From the NCBI GenBank assembly GCA_964641615.1, contig CAZXNH010000002.1:62519-126518 (forward strand): 64,000 nucleotides of DNA, given 5' to 3'. Positions 1-10,818 of this stretch are shown here, piece by piece. Every line of letters starts with the position of its first letter. The first letter of the stretch is position 1. The notes beneath the pieces are model-generated. The model ran no database searches and was not told the origin of the DNA. It saw only the letters and a list, made by a program, of their open reading frames with translations. A program made the position numbers and the translations under genes. Origin of the DNA: an uncultured Ectothiorhodospiraceae bacterium. GTDB taxonomy: Bacteria; Pseudomonadota; Gammaproteobacteria; J044.

Positions 1-225
1 TGCGCTGTTCCTTACGCAGATCATTAAGCTGGTCACGCTGTTCATCCGTCAGATCGTCGAGGCGATACACGGCCTTCAGGCCCTTTTCATGTTTCATCAT
101 GCCATGCTCACGATCACAGCCCTTACCATAACGCTCGTAGCCAGAGGCGACCGTAGCTCCGGCACCCGCAACCAGGGCGGCACCCATGACAACAGCCAGT
201 AGCGTCTTGTGTAATGTCTTCATTG
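1..225 (-). CDS. cpxP: Periplasmic stress adaptor of the CpxP/Spy (LTXXQ) family; the C-terminus runs off the left edge of the window
   Basis: Reverse translation from the ATG at 225-223 gives MKTLHKTLLAVVMGAALVAGAGA (signal peptide) ...LDDLTDEQRDQLNDLRKEQR, which carries the LTXXQ motif typical of CpxP/Spy. It is divergent from an OmpR-type response regulator and histidine kinase pair, the classic cpxP/cpxRA layout. Confidence 0.55.
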
Positions 226-311
226 GTTTTCTCCTGAATCCTGTTTAATCAATCACTGCCCATTGCAGTTGGGTCTATCGTATGTCCGCGACAGATCAAG
301 TTGGGTCAGGC

Positions 312-340
312 CATGCAAGGGAATGCAAAGAAATGCAAAG
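312..340. promoter_or_regulatory. Three direct repeats (catgcaagg / aatgcaaag / aatgcaaag) phased at 10 bp in the divergent cpxP-cpxR intergenic region; candidate response-regulator (CpxR-type) binding site
   Basis: GCAAA-N5-GCAAA at 325-339 has the same architecture as the CpxR box GTAAA-N5-GTAAA. It lies between the divergent starts at 225 and 392. Confidence 0.3.
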
Positions 341-391
341 CTCAGCCGCTAGCGCTTTATTTATGCCCCCCGCGCGCGCGAGAATGCACCC

Positions 392-1066
392 ATGAATCGC
401 ATACTGATTATTGATGACGACGTAGAACTCAGCAAACTGCTCAGTGAATACCTGCGAGGAGAAGGCTTCGAGGTGGATGCCGTTTTCGATGGAGCCACAG
501 CCGTTGAAACACTCAGATCAGGCCACTGGGATGCCGTAATACTGGACGTCATGCTGCCGGGAATGAACGGGTTCGACATCCTCAAGCAGGTCAGGCCCGG
601 GCTCGAGTCTCCCGTGCTGATGCTCACTGCCCGCGGCGAAGATACCGACACCGTGCTCGGCCTTGAACTCGGTGCGGACGACTACGTGGCAAAGCCAGTC
701 AGCCCGCGGGTGCTGGTCGCCAGACTACGCGCACTGATGCGTCGCCCCGGCCAGGCGGAGAGTCATACCATAGAAGTGGGCGATCTCAGCATCGACAAAG
801 CCAGTCGCAGTGTTCAGGTTTCCGGTAGTCAGGTAGAACTGACCGGGGCTGAATTCAACCTGCTCCAGTGTCTGGTCGAACAGGCCGGTCACGTCGTTTC
901 CCGAGAAACACTGGCAGAGAAAGGGCTCGGTCGCCCCTTACAGGCCTACGATCGACGTATAGAAACCCATATGACCCAGGTCAGGCGCAAGCTTGGTCCC
1001 TTACCAGGTGGTGAACAACGCATACAGACCGTGCGTGGCTCCGGCTACCAGTACGTGGCGCGCTGA
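392..1066 (+). CDS. cpxR: OmpR-family two-component response regulator (CpxR-like)
   Basis: N-terminal receiver domain (DDD...D...K pattern: ILIIDDDVEL...LDVMLPGMNGF) and C-terminal winged-helix trans_reg_C domain. Its stop overlaps the kinase start (TGATG). Confidence 0.8.
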   Translation: MNRILIIDDDVELSKLLSEYLRGEGFEVDAVFDGATAVETLRSGHWDAVILDVMLPGMNGFDILKQVRPGLESPVLMLTARGEDTDTVLGLELGADDYVAKPVSPRVLVARLRALMRRPGQAESHTIEVGDLSIDKASRSVQVSGSQVELTGAEFNLLQCLVEQAGHVVSRETLAEKGLGRPLQAYDRRIETHMTQVRRKLGPLPGGEQRIQTVRGSGYQYVAR

Positions 1067-2388
1067 TGGGCTCCCTGTTTACCAAGATATTCCTTTCCTT
1101 CTGGCTGGCCGCCCTGCTGCTGGTACTGGTCTTTACTGCTATTCAGGGCATCTACGGTGGAGATGTTGTTCATGAAGCCGAGGAACGACTCCGGGAAAAG
1201 GCCGATACCGTAGCCACCCTCTGGGACGAAGATCGCCACATGTTGCTGCGCAGATGGTTACGCCAGCAGCCTCAGGAGCTTCGCCCCTTTCTGGTCGATG
1301 ACGACGGCGACACCATTTTTCGCCAGCCACTTCCACCACATCTAAGGGACTGGATGCCCCATGAACTGGAGGCCGGCCGCTATCGGATTGCGCCAGGACA
1401 TATCGTCATCGTCACACCCGTGCGTATCTACGGCGAAGATGATGACGAACTCTTCCTGCTTTCTGAGATACCCGTCGGGCAGTTTCAGGCCCTGCCAGTC
1501 TGGTCGCGTATTGCCATTGCAGGCCTGATCATCGGTCTTGTCAGCCTGGGGCTTTCGGCACTACTTACCCGTCGCCTGCGCCAGTTACGTGAAGCAGCCC
1601 AGGCCCTCGCTGCTGGCAACCTCGATGTCCGCGTGCATGCCAAAGGCAGTGACGAGGTTGCCGCCCTCGGACAGGATTTCGACCTCATGGCTGATAGGCT
1701 AAATGACATGCTGGAGGCACAGCGCCGCCTGCTCAGCGATGTCTCGCACGAGCTGCGCTCACCACTGGCACGCATGCGCGTGGCCCTGGAAATCGCCGAT
1801 CAGAACCAGGACCGGGAAAAGGCCCTGGCCCGCATCAGTAAGGAGGCTGATGAGCTGGAACAGCTCATTACCCATGTACTGTCGCTGGCTCGGCTCGAGT
1901 CTGGCAATGCACAGATCAACAGGAAACCGGTGCAACTCGATGAGCTGGTGAAACAGATTGCACGTGATGCAGACTTTGAAGCCCAGGCTAGACAGCGTCA
2001 GGTTCATCTTTCTGTCGATGGAGAAAAATTCGATATACAGGCCGACCCTGTCCTGTTGCGTTCTGCCATAGAAAACGTGGTACGCAATGCCCTGCATCAC
2101 ACCCCAGAGAACAGCAGTGTCGATATCGAACTGCAGGAAGAGACATCAGGCTTCCTGATTTCCGTGCGTGATCATGGGACGGGCATCGCCGAGGACAAAC
2201 TGCAGGAAATCTTTAAACCCTTTATGCGCGCCAGCGAGGCAAGGGACCGCGATAGTGGCGGTTATGGACTGGGCCTTGCCATCACGGCCGGCTCAATAAG
2301 GGTTCACGATGGCAGTTGCAGGGCAGACAATCACCCCGATGGAGGCCTCGAGATCACCCTTCACATTCCCATTGATAAATCGCAGTAA
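1066..2388 (+). CDS. cpxA: Sensor histidine kinase (CpxA-like): two TM helices, a periplasmic domain, HAMP, HisKA and HATPase domains
   Basis: H-box SHELRSPL, N/G-box DHGTGI...GGYGLGLAI, and TM helices at about residues 8-30 and 150-170. Translationally coupled to the upstream response regulator. Confidence 0.8.
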   Translation: MGSLFTKIFLSFWLAALLLVLVFTAIQGIYGGDVVHEAEERLREKADTVATLWDEDRHMLLRRWLRQQPQELRPFLVDDDGDTIFRQPLPPHLRDWMPHELEAGRYRIAPGHIVIVTPVRIYGEDDDELFLLSEIPVGQFQALPVWSRIAIAGLIIGLVSLGLSALLTRRLRQLREAAQALAAGNLDVRVHAKGSDEVAALGQDFDLMADRLNDMLEAQRRLLSDVSHELRSPLARMRVALEIADQNQDREKALARISKEADELEQLITHVLSLARLESGNAQINRKPVQLDELVKQIARDADFEAQARQRQVHLSVDGEKFDIQADPVLLRSAIENVVRNALHHTPENSSVDIELQEETSGFLISVRDHGTGIAEDKLQEIFKPFMRASEARDRDSGGYGLGLAITAGSIRVHDGSCRADNHPDGGLEITLHIPIDKSQ

Positions 2389-2471
2389 TTCCCACAAAAA
2401 TTTATCGCTTTCTTACCAGCTTCATTTGTACTGTGCTATTTTTCGCAAAACCTTTTGCGCGGAGAAGACAC

Positions 2472-2909
2472 ATGAAGAACAAGCATCTCACTCTGGCCCT
2501 GAGCCTTGCCCTGATCACTACCCCAATGGCCGCCAGCGCCGAAGAAGGCGGCCTGATTACTGTCATGCAGAACTTCCAGTACTTCATGCATAAGACCGCC
2601 CTTTCTCTTGATGCCCGTAACCAGGAGCTGGTGGACTTCTATGCGCACGAAATCGAGGAAAACATCGAGGCAGTTGAGGAGATCGAGAAGTTTAAGCAGC
2701 ACAATATCGAAAAGATGATCAGGACAACCCTGGTGCCTGCTTTTGAGCGCTTTGAAAAGTCCGTCAAGAAAAATGACCTGGACAAGGCCGATGAACAGTT
2801 TGCCGACATGGTGACTGCCTGCAACCAGTGCCACACCCAGGTTCAGCGACCCTTCATCAAGATCGAGCGCGTCGACACCAACCCCTTCATGCAGTCCTTC
2901 GCAAAGTAA
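2472..2909 (+). CDS. Class II c-type cytochrome (cytochrome c-prime-like), periplasmic
   Basis: Signal peptide MKNKHLTLALSLALITTPMAASA and a single CNQCH haem-binding motif near the C-terminus of a roughly 125-aa mature helical protein. An RBS (ggaga) sits 7 nt upstream of the ATG at 2472. Confidence 0.55.
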   Translation: MKNKHLTLALSLALITTPMAASAEEGGLITVMQNFQYFMHKTALSLDARNQELVDFYAHEIEENIEAVEEIEKFKQHNIEKMIRTTLVPAFERFEKSVKKNDLDKADEQFADMVTACNQCHTQVQRPFIKIERVDTNPFMQSFAK

Positions 2910-2912
2910 GCA

Positions 2913-3728
2913 TTAGTAGGCGACTTCCTTTTCCAGCACGAACTCGACCCGACGATTCCTGGCCCGGTTCTCCGGGTTATCGTTGGGTGCGACTGGCGCA
3001 TAGTCGGCATAGCCACTGGCACTCATGCGCTCCGGGGCAACACCCCGCTCGATAAACCAGCGCAGCACCGAGGCAGCACGTGCCGTTGAAAGCTCCCAGT
3101 TAGAGGGATAACGACGACTGCGGATGGGCAGGTTGTCGGTATGGCCACGAATATTGATGTTGTATTCAGTGTAGCGCTCGAAGACCTTCATGACGTCCTC
3201 AAAGATGGGCTGTGCTGTTACATTCAGGTCTGCTGCACTGGTATTGAACAGGGCCGTGCCTCGAATCTGGATAATGATCTTTTCACCCTGGCGGTAGACA
3301 TCTACGTATTCACTGATGTCCTGGTCCTGGATGATCTGCTCGATCTCCTGAACCACCTTTTCTTCTCTCGGAGCAATACCCGTGGCCTCTTCAATGGTCT
3401 GCGGCGGGGATTCAATCTCAACTTCCTTCACCACCTCACGCACCACGTAGACCACATCCGGGCTGCCCAGAGAAGCCTGGATCGATCGCAGGGCGGCCTC
3501 GAAGCGCTCAACCTTTAATGAAGACATGGAGTAAAGCAGGATAAAGAACACCAGCAGCAACATCATGAGATCGGTAAAGGTCATGAGCCAGGCGCGGCTA
3601 TCCTGATCTTCGATGATTTCATCAACGGCCGTTTTCGGTGGATCTCGATAAACGACCCTGACCTCGGGCTCGACGACCTCATCTTCGGCCTTGTCTTTCA
3701 CAACCCTTTTCAGGTCATCGGTTTCCAC
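2913..3728 (-). CDS. motB: Flagellar motor stator protein MotB (OmpA-like C-terminal peptidoglycan-binding domain)
   Basis: Single N-terminal TM plus an OmpA-like domain (NINIRGHTDN...SNWELSTARAASVLRWF...NRRVEF). Immediately downstream of a MotA-like gene. Confidence 0.75.
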   Translation of the reverse strand: METDDLKRVVKDKAEDEVVEPEVRVVYRDPPKTAVDEIIEDQDSRAWLMTFTDLMMLLLVFFILLYSMSSLKVERFEAALRSIQASLGSPDVVYVVREVVKEVEIESPPQTIEEATGIAPREEKVVQEIEQIIQDQDISEYVDVYRQGEKIIIQIRGTALFNTSAADLNVTAQPIFEDVMKVFERYTEYNINIRGHTDNLPIRSRRYPSNWELSTARAASVLRWFIERGVAPERMSASGYADYAPVAPNDNPENRARNRRVEFVLEKEVAY

Positions 3729-4565
3729 TTACTTAGCGCCTCGTGCTGCGGCCTTTTTGGCAGAAGGCCGCCTGCTTTTACGGGCCTCGGCCTTCTGCGC
3801 ATTCCTGAAGGCATTAAAGCTCTTCCGCTCCGAGGCCGGCACAAAGGATGACAGACGCTCATAAAGGGTCAGCTGGTTATTGTCCTGCAGCAGGGCAATG
3901 GCACCTTCGTAAATGATCTCGAGATGCATCACCTCGGCCAGGGTGCGTGCCTTCAGCTTGCCCGCAATCGGCAGGAAGATCATGGTCGACAACAGGGAGC
4001 CATAGAAGGTCGTCAGCAGGGCCACCGACATGGCCGGGCCGATACTGGCAGGGTCGTTCAGGGTCGATAACATCTGGATCAGACCAATCAGGGTACCCAG
4101 CAGACCAAAGGCCGGGGCATAGGTCCCCATCTTGCGGAATACGTCCTGCACCTCGAAGTGACGTGACTTCAGGGCATCGATTTCGTTGCGCAGGATCTTG
4201 CGGATCAGCTCTTCGTCCGAGGCCTCGGCCACCAGGTTGATGGCGCGCTGCATAAAGGGGGAATCCGAACTGACCTCGGAGATGCGCACAATGCCCTGGT
4301 TGCGACTGATCTTGGCCAGGTCGAGCATCTGGCCAATAATATTTTCAGCCGTCTGCTTTTCCCGGGTAAAGACATACCAGGCACCCCGGAATGCGGATCT
4401 GACCTCTGAGAAGGGAAAGGTCAGCAGGGTGGCCGCTACCGTACCCCCCAGCACAATCATGAGCCCGGGCAGGTTGGCAAAATTGTGCATATCGCCACCG
4501 AGTATGATGGCGAGCAGTATCAGGGTGAGACCGGAGACGATCCCGATCAGCGACGTTTTATCCAT
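3729..4565 (-). CDS. motA: Flagellar motor stator protein MotA (MotA/TolQ/ExbB proton-channel family)
   Basis: Four-TM proton-channel family protein, adjacent to and co-oriented with a MotB-like gene. Confidence 0.75.
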   Translation of the reverse strand: MDKTSLIGIVSGLTLILLAIILGGDMHNFANLPGLMIVLGGTVAATLLTFPFSEVRSAFRGAWYVFTREKQTAENIIGQMLDLAKISRNQGIVRISEVSSDSPFMQRAINLVAEASDEELIRKILRNEIDALKSRHFEVQDVFRKMGTYAPAFGLLGTLIGLIQMLSTLNDPASIGPAMSVALLTTFYGSLLSTMIFLPIAGKLKARTLAEVMHLEIIYEGAIALLQDNNQLTLYERLSSFVPASERKSFNAFRNAQKAEARKSRRPSAKKAAARGAK

Positions 4566-4635
4566 GGAAAAACTCCCTCTATCTTCCCAGCATATCGACC
4601 ACTGTAACCGGGAATTTAGCGGCAGTGGGTCTGGA

Positions 4636-5211
4636 TCAGCCCGAATTCTTCATCAGCAGGGTATTAATGTGATGGTGATCAAGCCGCTTGCGTACCGCAT
4701 TGACCTCATCAAGATTGCCATAGGGCCCCAGCTGAACACGATGCCAGGTTGCCTTGTTGACCTTAACCGTCTGAATGCTGGCCTCGACACCCAAAAGGGC
4801 CAGGCGGGCCTTGAGGCGATCGGCTTCATCCAGGCTCTTGAAGGAACCGGCCTGCAGGCGGTAGCTGCCCGGCTCTTCGACTACCGGCTTGCTGGTCGTT
4901 GATTCTTTTGGCTGGCGGGCCGGCTCAACGACATAATCACCCTCGGGAATCACCACCTCAAGTTCAGGTAAAAGGGTATAGAAATCAAAGCGAGGCTTTT
5001 CTTCTTCAACTTCCTCGACCTGCTGGGTGCGGGTACGGATCTCTTCGCGAGATTGCTCTACCACGCTCGCAGCTCCGGAATCAGGCAGGTCCTTCAGCCA
5101 TATCAGCACACTCACAAACAGGCCGATGGCCAGGCCGGTGAATAACCAGACCCAGCCCGGTAATGGTTTCTTTTTACTGCTGCGCATCGGTTTCTTGTAA
5201 TCCCGCGTCAT
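4636..5211 (-). CDS. SPOR-domain protein (cell-division / septal peptidoglycan-binding)
   Basis: Basic N-terminus, one TM helix, an acidic/proline-rich linker and a C-terminal SPOR domain (YRLQAGSFKSLDEADRLKARLALLGVEASIQTV...WHRVQLGPYGNLDEV). Its ATG overlaps the argS stop by 1 nt, as in Pseudomonas-type synteny. Confidence 0.75.
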   Translation of the reverse strand: MTRDYKKPMRSSKKKPLPGWVWLFTGLAIGLFVSVLIWLKDLPDSGAASVVEQSREEIRTRTQQVEEVEEEKPRFDFYTLLPELEVVIPEGDYVVEPARQPKESTTSKPVVEEPGSYRLQAGSFKSLDEADRLKARLALLGVEASIQTVKVNKATWHRVQLGPYGNLDEVNAVRKRLDHHHINTLLMKNSG

Positions 5212-6971
5212 TACATTTCTTCAGGGGCAGACACACCCAGCAGGCGCAGGCCATTATTGAGCACCTGGCGTGCTGCAAGGCAAAGATTCAGGCGCGCACT
5301 ACGCAACTCTTCTGCTTCAACCAGGAACTGGTGGGCGTTGTAATAGGTATGGAAGGCATTTGCCAGGTCCCTGAGGAAATGGACCAGCTGGTGTGGCTCA
5401 CGATTCAGGGCAGCAGACTCAACCACCTCGGGGAAGCGACCCAGCCTGTTAATCAGGTCTTCTTCATGAGACTCGGTCAGCAGATCCAGATGCTGGGCAC
5501 CGACAGCCACATCATGGCTCATACCCTTTTCGTCCAGCTGACGTAGCACGCTATGGATACGGGCATGGGCATACTGTATGTAATAGACCGGGTTGTCGGA
5601 TGACTGCGACTTGGCAAGGTCCAGATCAAAATCCAGGTGCTGCTCGCACTTGCGCATGACGTAGAAGAAACGCGCCGCATCGGCACCCACTTCCTGGCGC
5701 AGTTCGCGCAGGGTAACAAACTCACCCGAACGGGTAGACATCTGCATCTTCTCACCCTGGCTATAGAGATTGGCGAACTGAACCAGCAGCACCTCGAGCT
5801 TGCTGTCGTCATCACCCAGGGCTCTCAGGGCTGCGCGTACACGCGGTACATAGCCATGGTGGTCGGCACCCCAGACGTCTATGACATGATCAAAGCCGCG
5901 CTCAAGTTTTTCCATGTGGTAGGCGATGTCCGAGGCAAAATAGGTCGTCTGGCCGTTATCACGCTGCACCACACGGTCCTTCTCGTCACCAAAATCAGAG
6001 GACTTAAACCACAGGGCACCATCTTTTTCATAGACATGACCCGAATCGCGCAGGCGCTCGAGCATCTTGTTAACGGCACCACTCTCGGTCAGGCCGCGCT
6101 CAGAATACCACTCTTCGTAGGTCACCCCGAAGGCCTCGAGATCGGAACGAATATTATCGAGGATGGTATTCAGACCCAGTTCAAAGACATAACGGTAACG
6201 GTTGTCACCCAGCAGCTGTTTTGCCTTCGCGATCAGGGCATCAATATGCTCCTCTTTATCGCCGCCTTCAGGTTCATCGGCAGGAACACCCTCGTAAACA
6301 TCGACGATGGAATGACGGTAATCGTCGCCATGTTCGCGGTGCAGGGTCGCACCAATATCCCAGACGTAATCCCCTTTATAACCATTACTGGGGAAGACCA
6401 GTTCCTCACCAGCCAACTCCAGGTAACGCAACCAGACACTGGTGGCCAGGATATCCATCTGGCGGCCGGCATCATTCACGTAGTACTCGCGATGCACCTC
6501 GCAACCAATTGCCTCGAGCAGATCCGCAACCGTCGCGCCATAGGCCGCACCACGCCCGTGACCCACGTGCAGGGGGCCGGTCGGATTGGCAGAAACGAAT
6601 TCGACCTGTACGCGCTGGCCCTTGCCAACCTCACTACGGCCATAGGCCTCGCCGGACTCGAGCACGGTGCCGATAACGGAGCGGCCGGCACTGGGGTCGA
6701 TAAAGAAATTCATAAAACCAGGGCCTGCGATCTCGGTCTTCACCAGTGCTTCCATGGCTGGTAGACGCTCGATCAGGGCCTGGGCGACCTCTCGTGGATT
6801 GCGCCTGGCCAGTGTGGCCAGCTGCATGGCGACGTTACAGGCGAAGTCACCATGGTCCTTGTTCTTGCTATGGGTAATCTGTATCTGCCCCTCGAAAGGT
6901 TCGGACAAAATGCCATCTTCATGTAATCGCTGCAGTGCTTGAGCGACGAGTTTTTCCAGAGCGTGTTTCAA
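5211..6971 (-). CDS. argS: Arginine--tRNA ligase
   Basis: 586 aa class I aminoacyl-tRNA synthetase with the HIGH-type motif [13 protein letters not shown], and the typical ArgS N-terminal and anticodon-binding domains. Confidence 0.95.
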   Translation of the reverse strand: MKHALEKLVAQALQRLHEDGILSEPFEGQIQITHSKNKDHGDFACNVAMQLATLARRNPREVAQALIERLPAMEALVKTEIAGPGFMNFFIDPSAGRSVIGTVLESGEAYGRSEVGKGQRVQVEFVSANPTGPLHVGHGRGAAYGATVADLLEAIGCEVHREYYVNDAGRQMDILATSVWLRYLELAGEELVFPSNGYKGDYVWDIGATLHREHGDDYRHSIVDVYEGVPADEPEGGDKEEHIDALIAKAKQLLGDNRYRYVFELGLNTILDNIRSDLEAFGVTYEEWYSERGLTESGAVNKMLERLRDSGHVYEKDGALWFKSSDFGDEKDRVVQRDNGQTTYFASDIAYHMEKLERGFDHVIDVWGADHHGYVPRVRAALRALGDDDSKLEVLLVQFANLYSQGEKMQMSTRSGEFVTLRELRQEVGADAARFFYVMRKCEQHLDFDLDLAKSQSSDNPVYYIQYAHARIHSVLRQLDEKGMSHDVAVGAQHLDLLTESHEEDLINRLGRFPEVVESAALNREPHQLVHFLRDLANAFHTYYNAHQFLVEAEELRSARLNLCLAARQVLNNGLRLLGVSAPEEM

Positions 6972-7074
6972 GGTGTTATTCCAGAGAGGTCAATCAGGCC
7001 GCTATTGTAAAGAAATGTTGGCCACAACATAAGAACGCCGCGCGTTATTACCCTGATTTATCGAACTCCCCGGC

Positions 7075-7103
7075 TTGAACTGGGGGAAATCAGCGCCACA
7101 TTA
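7075..7103 (+). promoter_or_regulatory. Candidate sigma-32 heat-shock promoter upstream of hslVU
   Basis: ccccggCTTGAAc, then a 15-16 nt spacer, then CCACATTA; compare the sigma-32 consensus CCCTTGAA-N13-15-CCCCATNT. It lies about 45 nt upstream of the hslV start, and hslVU is a classic sigma-32 regulon member. Confidence 0.35.
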
Positions 7104-7149
7104 AGTCATGGTGTACAATCGCCCCGCAATTTCAGTAGCACACAATCCT

Positions 7150-7683
7150 ATGAAACAGTTTGATGGAACTACCATTCTCGCCGTCCAGCGTGACGGCAAG
7201 GTCGCCTTAGCCGGTGACGGCCAGGTCACCTTTGGCGACACCGTTATGAAGGGTAATGCCCGCAAGGTGCGTCGCCTCTATAACGACAAGGTACTGGCTG
7301 GCTTCGCCGGTGGTACTGCTGACGCCTTCACCCTTTTCGAACGCTTTGAGACCAAGCTGCAGAGTAATAATGGCCAGCTCACTCGTGCCGCGGTAGAGAT
7401 GGCCAAGGAATGGCGCACCGACAAGGCCCTGCGCCAGCTCGAGGCCCTGCTCATCGTGGCCGACGAGACTGCGCTGCTGATGATCTCAGGTAATGGTGAT
7501 GTGGTTGAGCCCGAAGACAACCTGCTCGCAATTGGTTCTGGCGGTTCCTATGCGCAGGCCTCTGCCCGCGCCCTGATGGAAAACACTGATCTGTCTGCGC
7601 GAGAAATTGCAGAAAAAAGCCTCATGATTGCCGGCGATATCTGTATCTACACCAACCAGAATCTCACCGTTGAAGAACTTTAA
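7150..7683 (+). CDS. hslV: ATP-dependent protease subunit HslV
   Basis: N-terminal Thr active site right after the Met ([27 protein letters not shown]) and the GSGG motif. The start was moved to the internal ATG at 7150, where the ORF-track ORF started at 7108. Confidence 0.93.
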   Translation: MKQFDGTTILAVQRDGKVALAGDGQVTFGDTVMKGNARKVRRLYNDKVLAGFAGGTADAFTLFERFETKLQSNNGQLTRAAVEMAKEWRTDKALRQLEALLIVADETALLMISGNGDVVEPEDNLLAIGSGGSYAQASARALMENTDLSAREIAEKSLMIAGDICIYTNQNLTVEEL

Positions 7684-7700
7684 GATCGCCGGAGCAACCC

Positions 7701-9035
7701 ATGTCTGAAATGACACCCAGAGAGATCGCCCAGGAACTGGATAAACATATAATCGGCCAGGCTGAGGCCAAGCGCGCCGTGGCCATCGCCCTGCGTAACC
7801 GCTGGCGTCGCATGCAGCTTTCTGATGAGCTGCGCCCGGAAGTCACGCCCAAGAATATCCTCATGATCGGCCCTACTGGGGTTGGTAAAACCGAGATTGC
7901 CCGTCGACTTGCGAAACTCGCCAACGCACCCTTCATCAAGATTGAAGCGACCAAGTTCACCGAGGTTGGATACGTCGGCAAGGAAGTGGATTCAATTATT
8001 CGCGACCTCGCGGATGCAGCGATGAACATGCTGCGCGAACAGGAAGTCGATCGCGTCCGCCCCCGTGCCGAAGAAGCTGCCGAGGAACGCATCCTTGACA
8101 ACCTGCTGCCACGCGCAAGCGGCACCGGGTTCCTCGGCAATGAAGAAAAACCTGAAGACAATACGACCCGCCAGAAATTCCGCGAGAAGCTGCGCAAGGG
8201 TGATCTGGACGACAAGGAAATCGAGATCGATGTCAGCGCCACGCCCATGGGTGTAGAGATCATGACTCCCCCGGGCATGGAAGACATGGCGGGTCAGCTG
8301 CAGAACATGTTCCAGAACCTGGGCAGCGGCAAGACCCAGAAAAGAAAACTGAAGATCAAAGACGCCTTCAACATCCTCACCGAGGAAGAGGCGCAGAAAA
8401 TGATTAACCAGGAAGACCTGAAGCTGCGCGCCATAGATCTTGCTGAACAGCACGGCATCGTATTTATTGACGAAATTGACAAGATTGCCGGCAGCGAAGG
8501 TCGCTCAGGCGCCGATGTCTCCCGCGAGGGTGTGCAACGTGACCTGCTGCCACTGGTCGAGGGCTGTACCGTGAATACCAAGTACGGCATGGTGCGTACG
8601 GATCACGTACTCTTCATCGCCTCGGGCGCCTTCCATATCGCCAAGCCCTCGGACCTGATTCCCGAGCTGCAGGGCCGCCTGCCGATTCGCGTTGAACTCA
8701 ATGCCCTGACCATTAATGATTTCAGCCGCATCCTGGTCGAACCCAATGCCTCGCTGTCAGAGCAGTACACCGCCCTGATGAATACTGAGGGGCTGACCCT
8801 GGGCTTTACCGAGGAAGGCATCCAGCGCATCGCCGAGGTGGCCTTTGAGGTCAACGAACGGACCGAGAACATTGGCGCCCGCCGCCTGCATACCCTGATG
8901 GAACGCCTACTGGAGAGCCTGTCATTCGAGGCCCCGGATCGTGATGGCGAAACGATTACTATCGACGCGGCCTACGTCAACGAACAACTGGCGGATCTGG
9001 CCCAGAACGAAGACCTGAGCCGCTACATTCTTTAA
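7701..9035 (+). CDS. hslU: ATP-dependent protease ATPase subunit HslU
   Basis: Walker [16 protein letters not shown], the I-domain, and a C-terminus typical of HslU. Directly downstream of hslV. Confidence 0.95.
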   Translation: MSEMTPREIAQELDKHIIGQAEAKRAVAIALRNRWRRMQLSDELRPEVTPKNILMIGPTGVGKTEIARRLAKLANAPFIKIEATKFTEVGYVGKEVDSIIRDLADAAMNMLREQEVDRVRPRAEEAAEERILDNLLPRASGTGFLGNEEKPEDNTTRQKFREKLRKGDLDDKEIEIDVSATPMGVEIMTPPGMEDMAGQLQNMFQNLGSGKTQKRKLKIKDAFNILTEEEAQKMINQEDLKLRAIDLAEQHGIVFIDEIDKIAGSEGRSGADVSREGVQRDLLPLVEGCTVNTKYGMVRTDHVLFIASGAFHIAKPSDLIPELQGRLPIRVELNALTINDFSRILVEPNASLSEQYTALMNTEGLTLGFTEEGIQRIAEVAFEVNERTENIGARRLHTLMERLLESLSFEAPDRDGETITIDAAYVNEQLADLAQNEDLSRYIL

Positions 9036-9068
9036 TACACCAAACGATTAAGAACGGAGAATCAGCCC

Positions 9069-9443
9069 ATGAGCATGAGGCCAACCGAGATCACCCTGCA
9101 CCAGAAGTCGCGCAACCTGGAGCTGACCTACGAAGATGGCAAGGCCTTTAGTCTGCCTGCCGAGTTCCTGCGTGTACTCTCACCTTCGGCCGAGGTACGT
9201 GGCCATACCCCCGGCAGCGGCAAACTGCAGATCGGCAAGGAAAACGTCGCCATCAAGGACATCGAACCCATCGGTAACTATGCAATTCGCATCATCTTTG
9301 ATGACAACCACGACTCCGGAATTTATGATTGGGATTACCTTTATGATCTAGGGGTTAAACAGGACGCCTACTGGGAAGATTACCTGCAGCAGCTCAAGGC
9401 AGCGGGCCACGAACGTAAGGCACCTGACACCGACATCATCTAA
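9069..9443 (+). CDS. DUF971 family protein (gamma-butyrobetaine hydroxylase-like N-terminal domain)
   Basis: 124 aa conserved small protein in the hslU-ubiE interval, as in many gammaproteobacteria. Confidence 0.65.
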   Translation: MSMRPTEITLHQKSRNLELTYEDGKAFSLPAEFLRVLSPSAEVRGHTPGSGKLQIGKENVAIKDIEPIGNYAIRIIFDDNHDSGIYDWDYLYDLGVKQDAYWEDYLQQLKAAGHERKAPDTDII

Positions 9444-9461
9444 TCCTGACCGGAGGTCGTC

Positions 9462-10217
9462 ATGGCCGAAAAAGAAACTACGCATTTCGGATTTGAAACC
9501 GTAGATGCCCGAGACAAGGCGCGCCGCGTAGCCGATGTCTTTCACTCGGTAGCCAATAAATACGACCTCATGAACGACCTGATGTCGATGGGTGTCCATC
9601 GACTCTGGAAGCGTTACACCATCCAGATTGCCGGCGTAAAACCCGGTGATCGGGTACTGGATCTGGCCGGCGGCACCGGTGACCTGGCCCTGAAATTCAG
9701 CCGCATTGTCGGCCCCGAAGGGCTGGTTGTGCTGTCCGATATCAATGCCTCCATGCTCGGTGAAGGTCGTGATCGCCTGACCGATGAAGGCGTGGCCGGG
9801 AATATCGAATATGCCCAAGCCAATGCCGAGGCCCTGCCCTTTCCCGACAATTACTTCGACTGCATTACCATTGCCTTCGGACTGCGTAATGTCACTAACA
9901 AGGAAAAGGCCCTGGAGTCGATGCTGCGTGTGCTCAAGCCTGGTGGAAAACTCCTGGTACTGGAATTTTCCAAGCCCACCAATGAGCCACTGAGCAAGGT
10001 CTACGACCTCTACTCCTTCAAGGCACTACCCTTCATGGGCAAGCTGGTTGCCAACGACCCTGATAGTTACCGATACCTGGCCGAGTCGATCCGTATGCAC
10101 CCTGACCAGCAAACCCTCAAGCAGATGATGGAAGACGCCGGTTTTGACCGCGTTGACTTCTTCAATCTCACAGGTGGAATCGTCGCCCTGCATCGCGGCT
10201 ACAAACTACAGGCCTGA
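9462..10217 (+). CDS. ubiE: Ubiquinone/menaquinone biosynthesis C-methyltransferase UbiE
   Basis: SAM-binding motif [12 protein letters not shown] and the UbiE N-terminal signature (FGFETV...[17 protein letters not shown]). Confidence 0.93.
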   Translation: MAEKETTHFGFETVDARDKARRVADVFHSVANKYDLMNDLMSMGVHRLWKRYTIQIAGVKPGDRVLDLAGGTGDLALKFSRIVGPEGLVVLSDINASMLGEGRDRLTDEGVAGNIEYAQANAEALPFPDNYFDCITIAFGLRNVTNKEKALESMLRVLKPGGKLLVLEFSKPTNEPLSKVYDLYSFKALPFMGKLVANDPDSYRYLAESIRMHPDQQTLKQMMEDAGFDRVDFFNLTGGIVALHRGYKLQA

Positions 10218-10218
10218 C

Positions 10219-10818
10219 ATGCTCATCGCCGGCATCATTGAAGCCAGTCTAAAACAGATGCTCCGGCTTAACCCGGAGGCTCAGCAACAGCTTCTCCCCC
10301 TGGCCGGCAAGGTACTTGGTATCCATATCGAGGGCCTGGATCAGGAACTCTATTTCATCGCACACAAGCACGGCGTGGACGTCTTCTCCGCCTATGAAGG
10401 CAAGCCCGACGCCATGATTATCGGTACACCTGCCCAGCTGGCCAACCTCTCACGACCCGATGCCGGTTCCAGGCTGCTGGCTGGCGAAGCACGCATCGAG
10501 GGAGACAACAACACCGCCCAGGCCTTTAGTGCGCTCATCTCGCCCAGGGGAATCGACTGGGAAGAGATGCTGGCTCAGAACATTGGTGACATTCCTGCGC
10601 ACCAGGCCGGGCGCCTGTTACGCGGTAGCCTGAACTGGATCGTGAGCACGCGTGGTAAGCTGCATGAAGATATCGGGGAATATCTCCAGGAAGAGGTTCG
10701 CCTGCTACCCTCGCGCAACGAGATCGAGGCCTTCATGGATGATGTCAGCAAAACCCGTTCCGACGTCGACCGACTCGAGGCACGCATACAGCGCCTGGAA
10801 AAGGAACAGCATCAATGA
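10219..10818 (+). CDS. ubiJ: Ubiquinone biosynthesis accessory protein UbiJ (SCP2 domain)
   Basis: Lies between ubiE and ubiB, has an SCP2-like N-terminal region and an amphipathic C-terminal helix. Start set at the ATG at 10219, just after the ubiE stop. Confidence 0.7.
   Translation: MLIAGIIEASLKQMLRLNPEAQQQLLPLAGKVLGIHIEGLDQELYFIAHKHGVDVFSAYEGKPDAMIIGTPAQLANLSRPDAGSRLLAGEARIEGDNNTAQAFSALISPRGIDWEEMLAQNIGDIPAHQAGRLLRGSLNWIVSTRGKLHEDIGEYLQEEVRLLPSRNEIEAFMDDVSKTRSDVDRLEARIQRLEKEQHQ

Noticed and set aside
4186-4902. 238-aa ORF on the plus strand spanning the motA/SPOR genes
   Set aside because: It is antisense to two well-supported genes and crosses their boundary, which marks it as spurious.
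5637-6764. 375-aa ORF on the plus strand
   Set aside because: Antisense shadow ORF inside argS. High-GC genomes produce long open frames on the opposite strand.
7664-8287. 207-aa ORF on the minus strand
   Set aside because: Antisense to hslU. It is Ser/Arg-rich and low-complexity, the typical profile of a shadow ORF.
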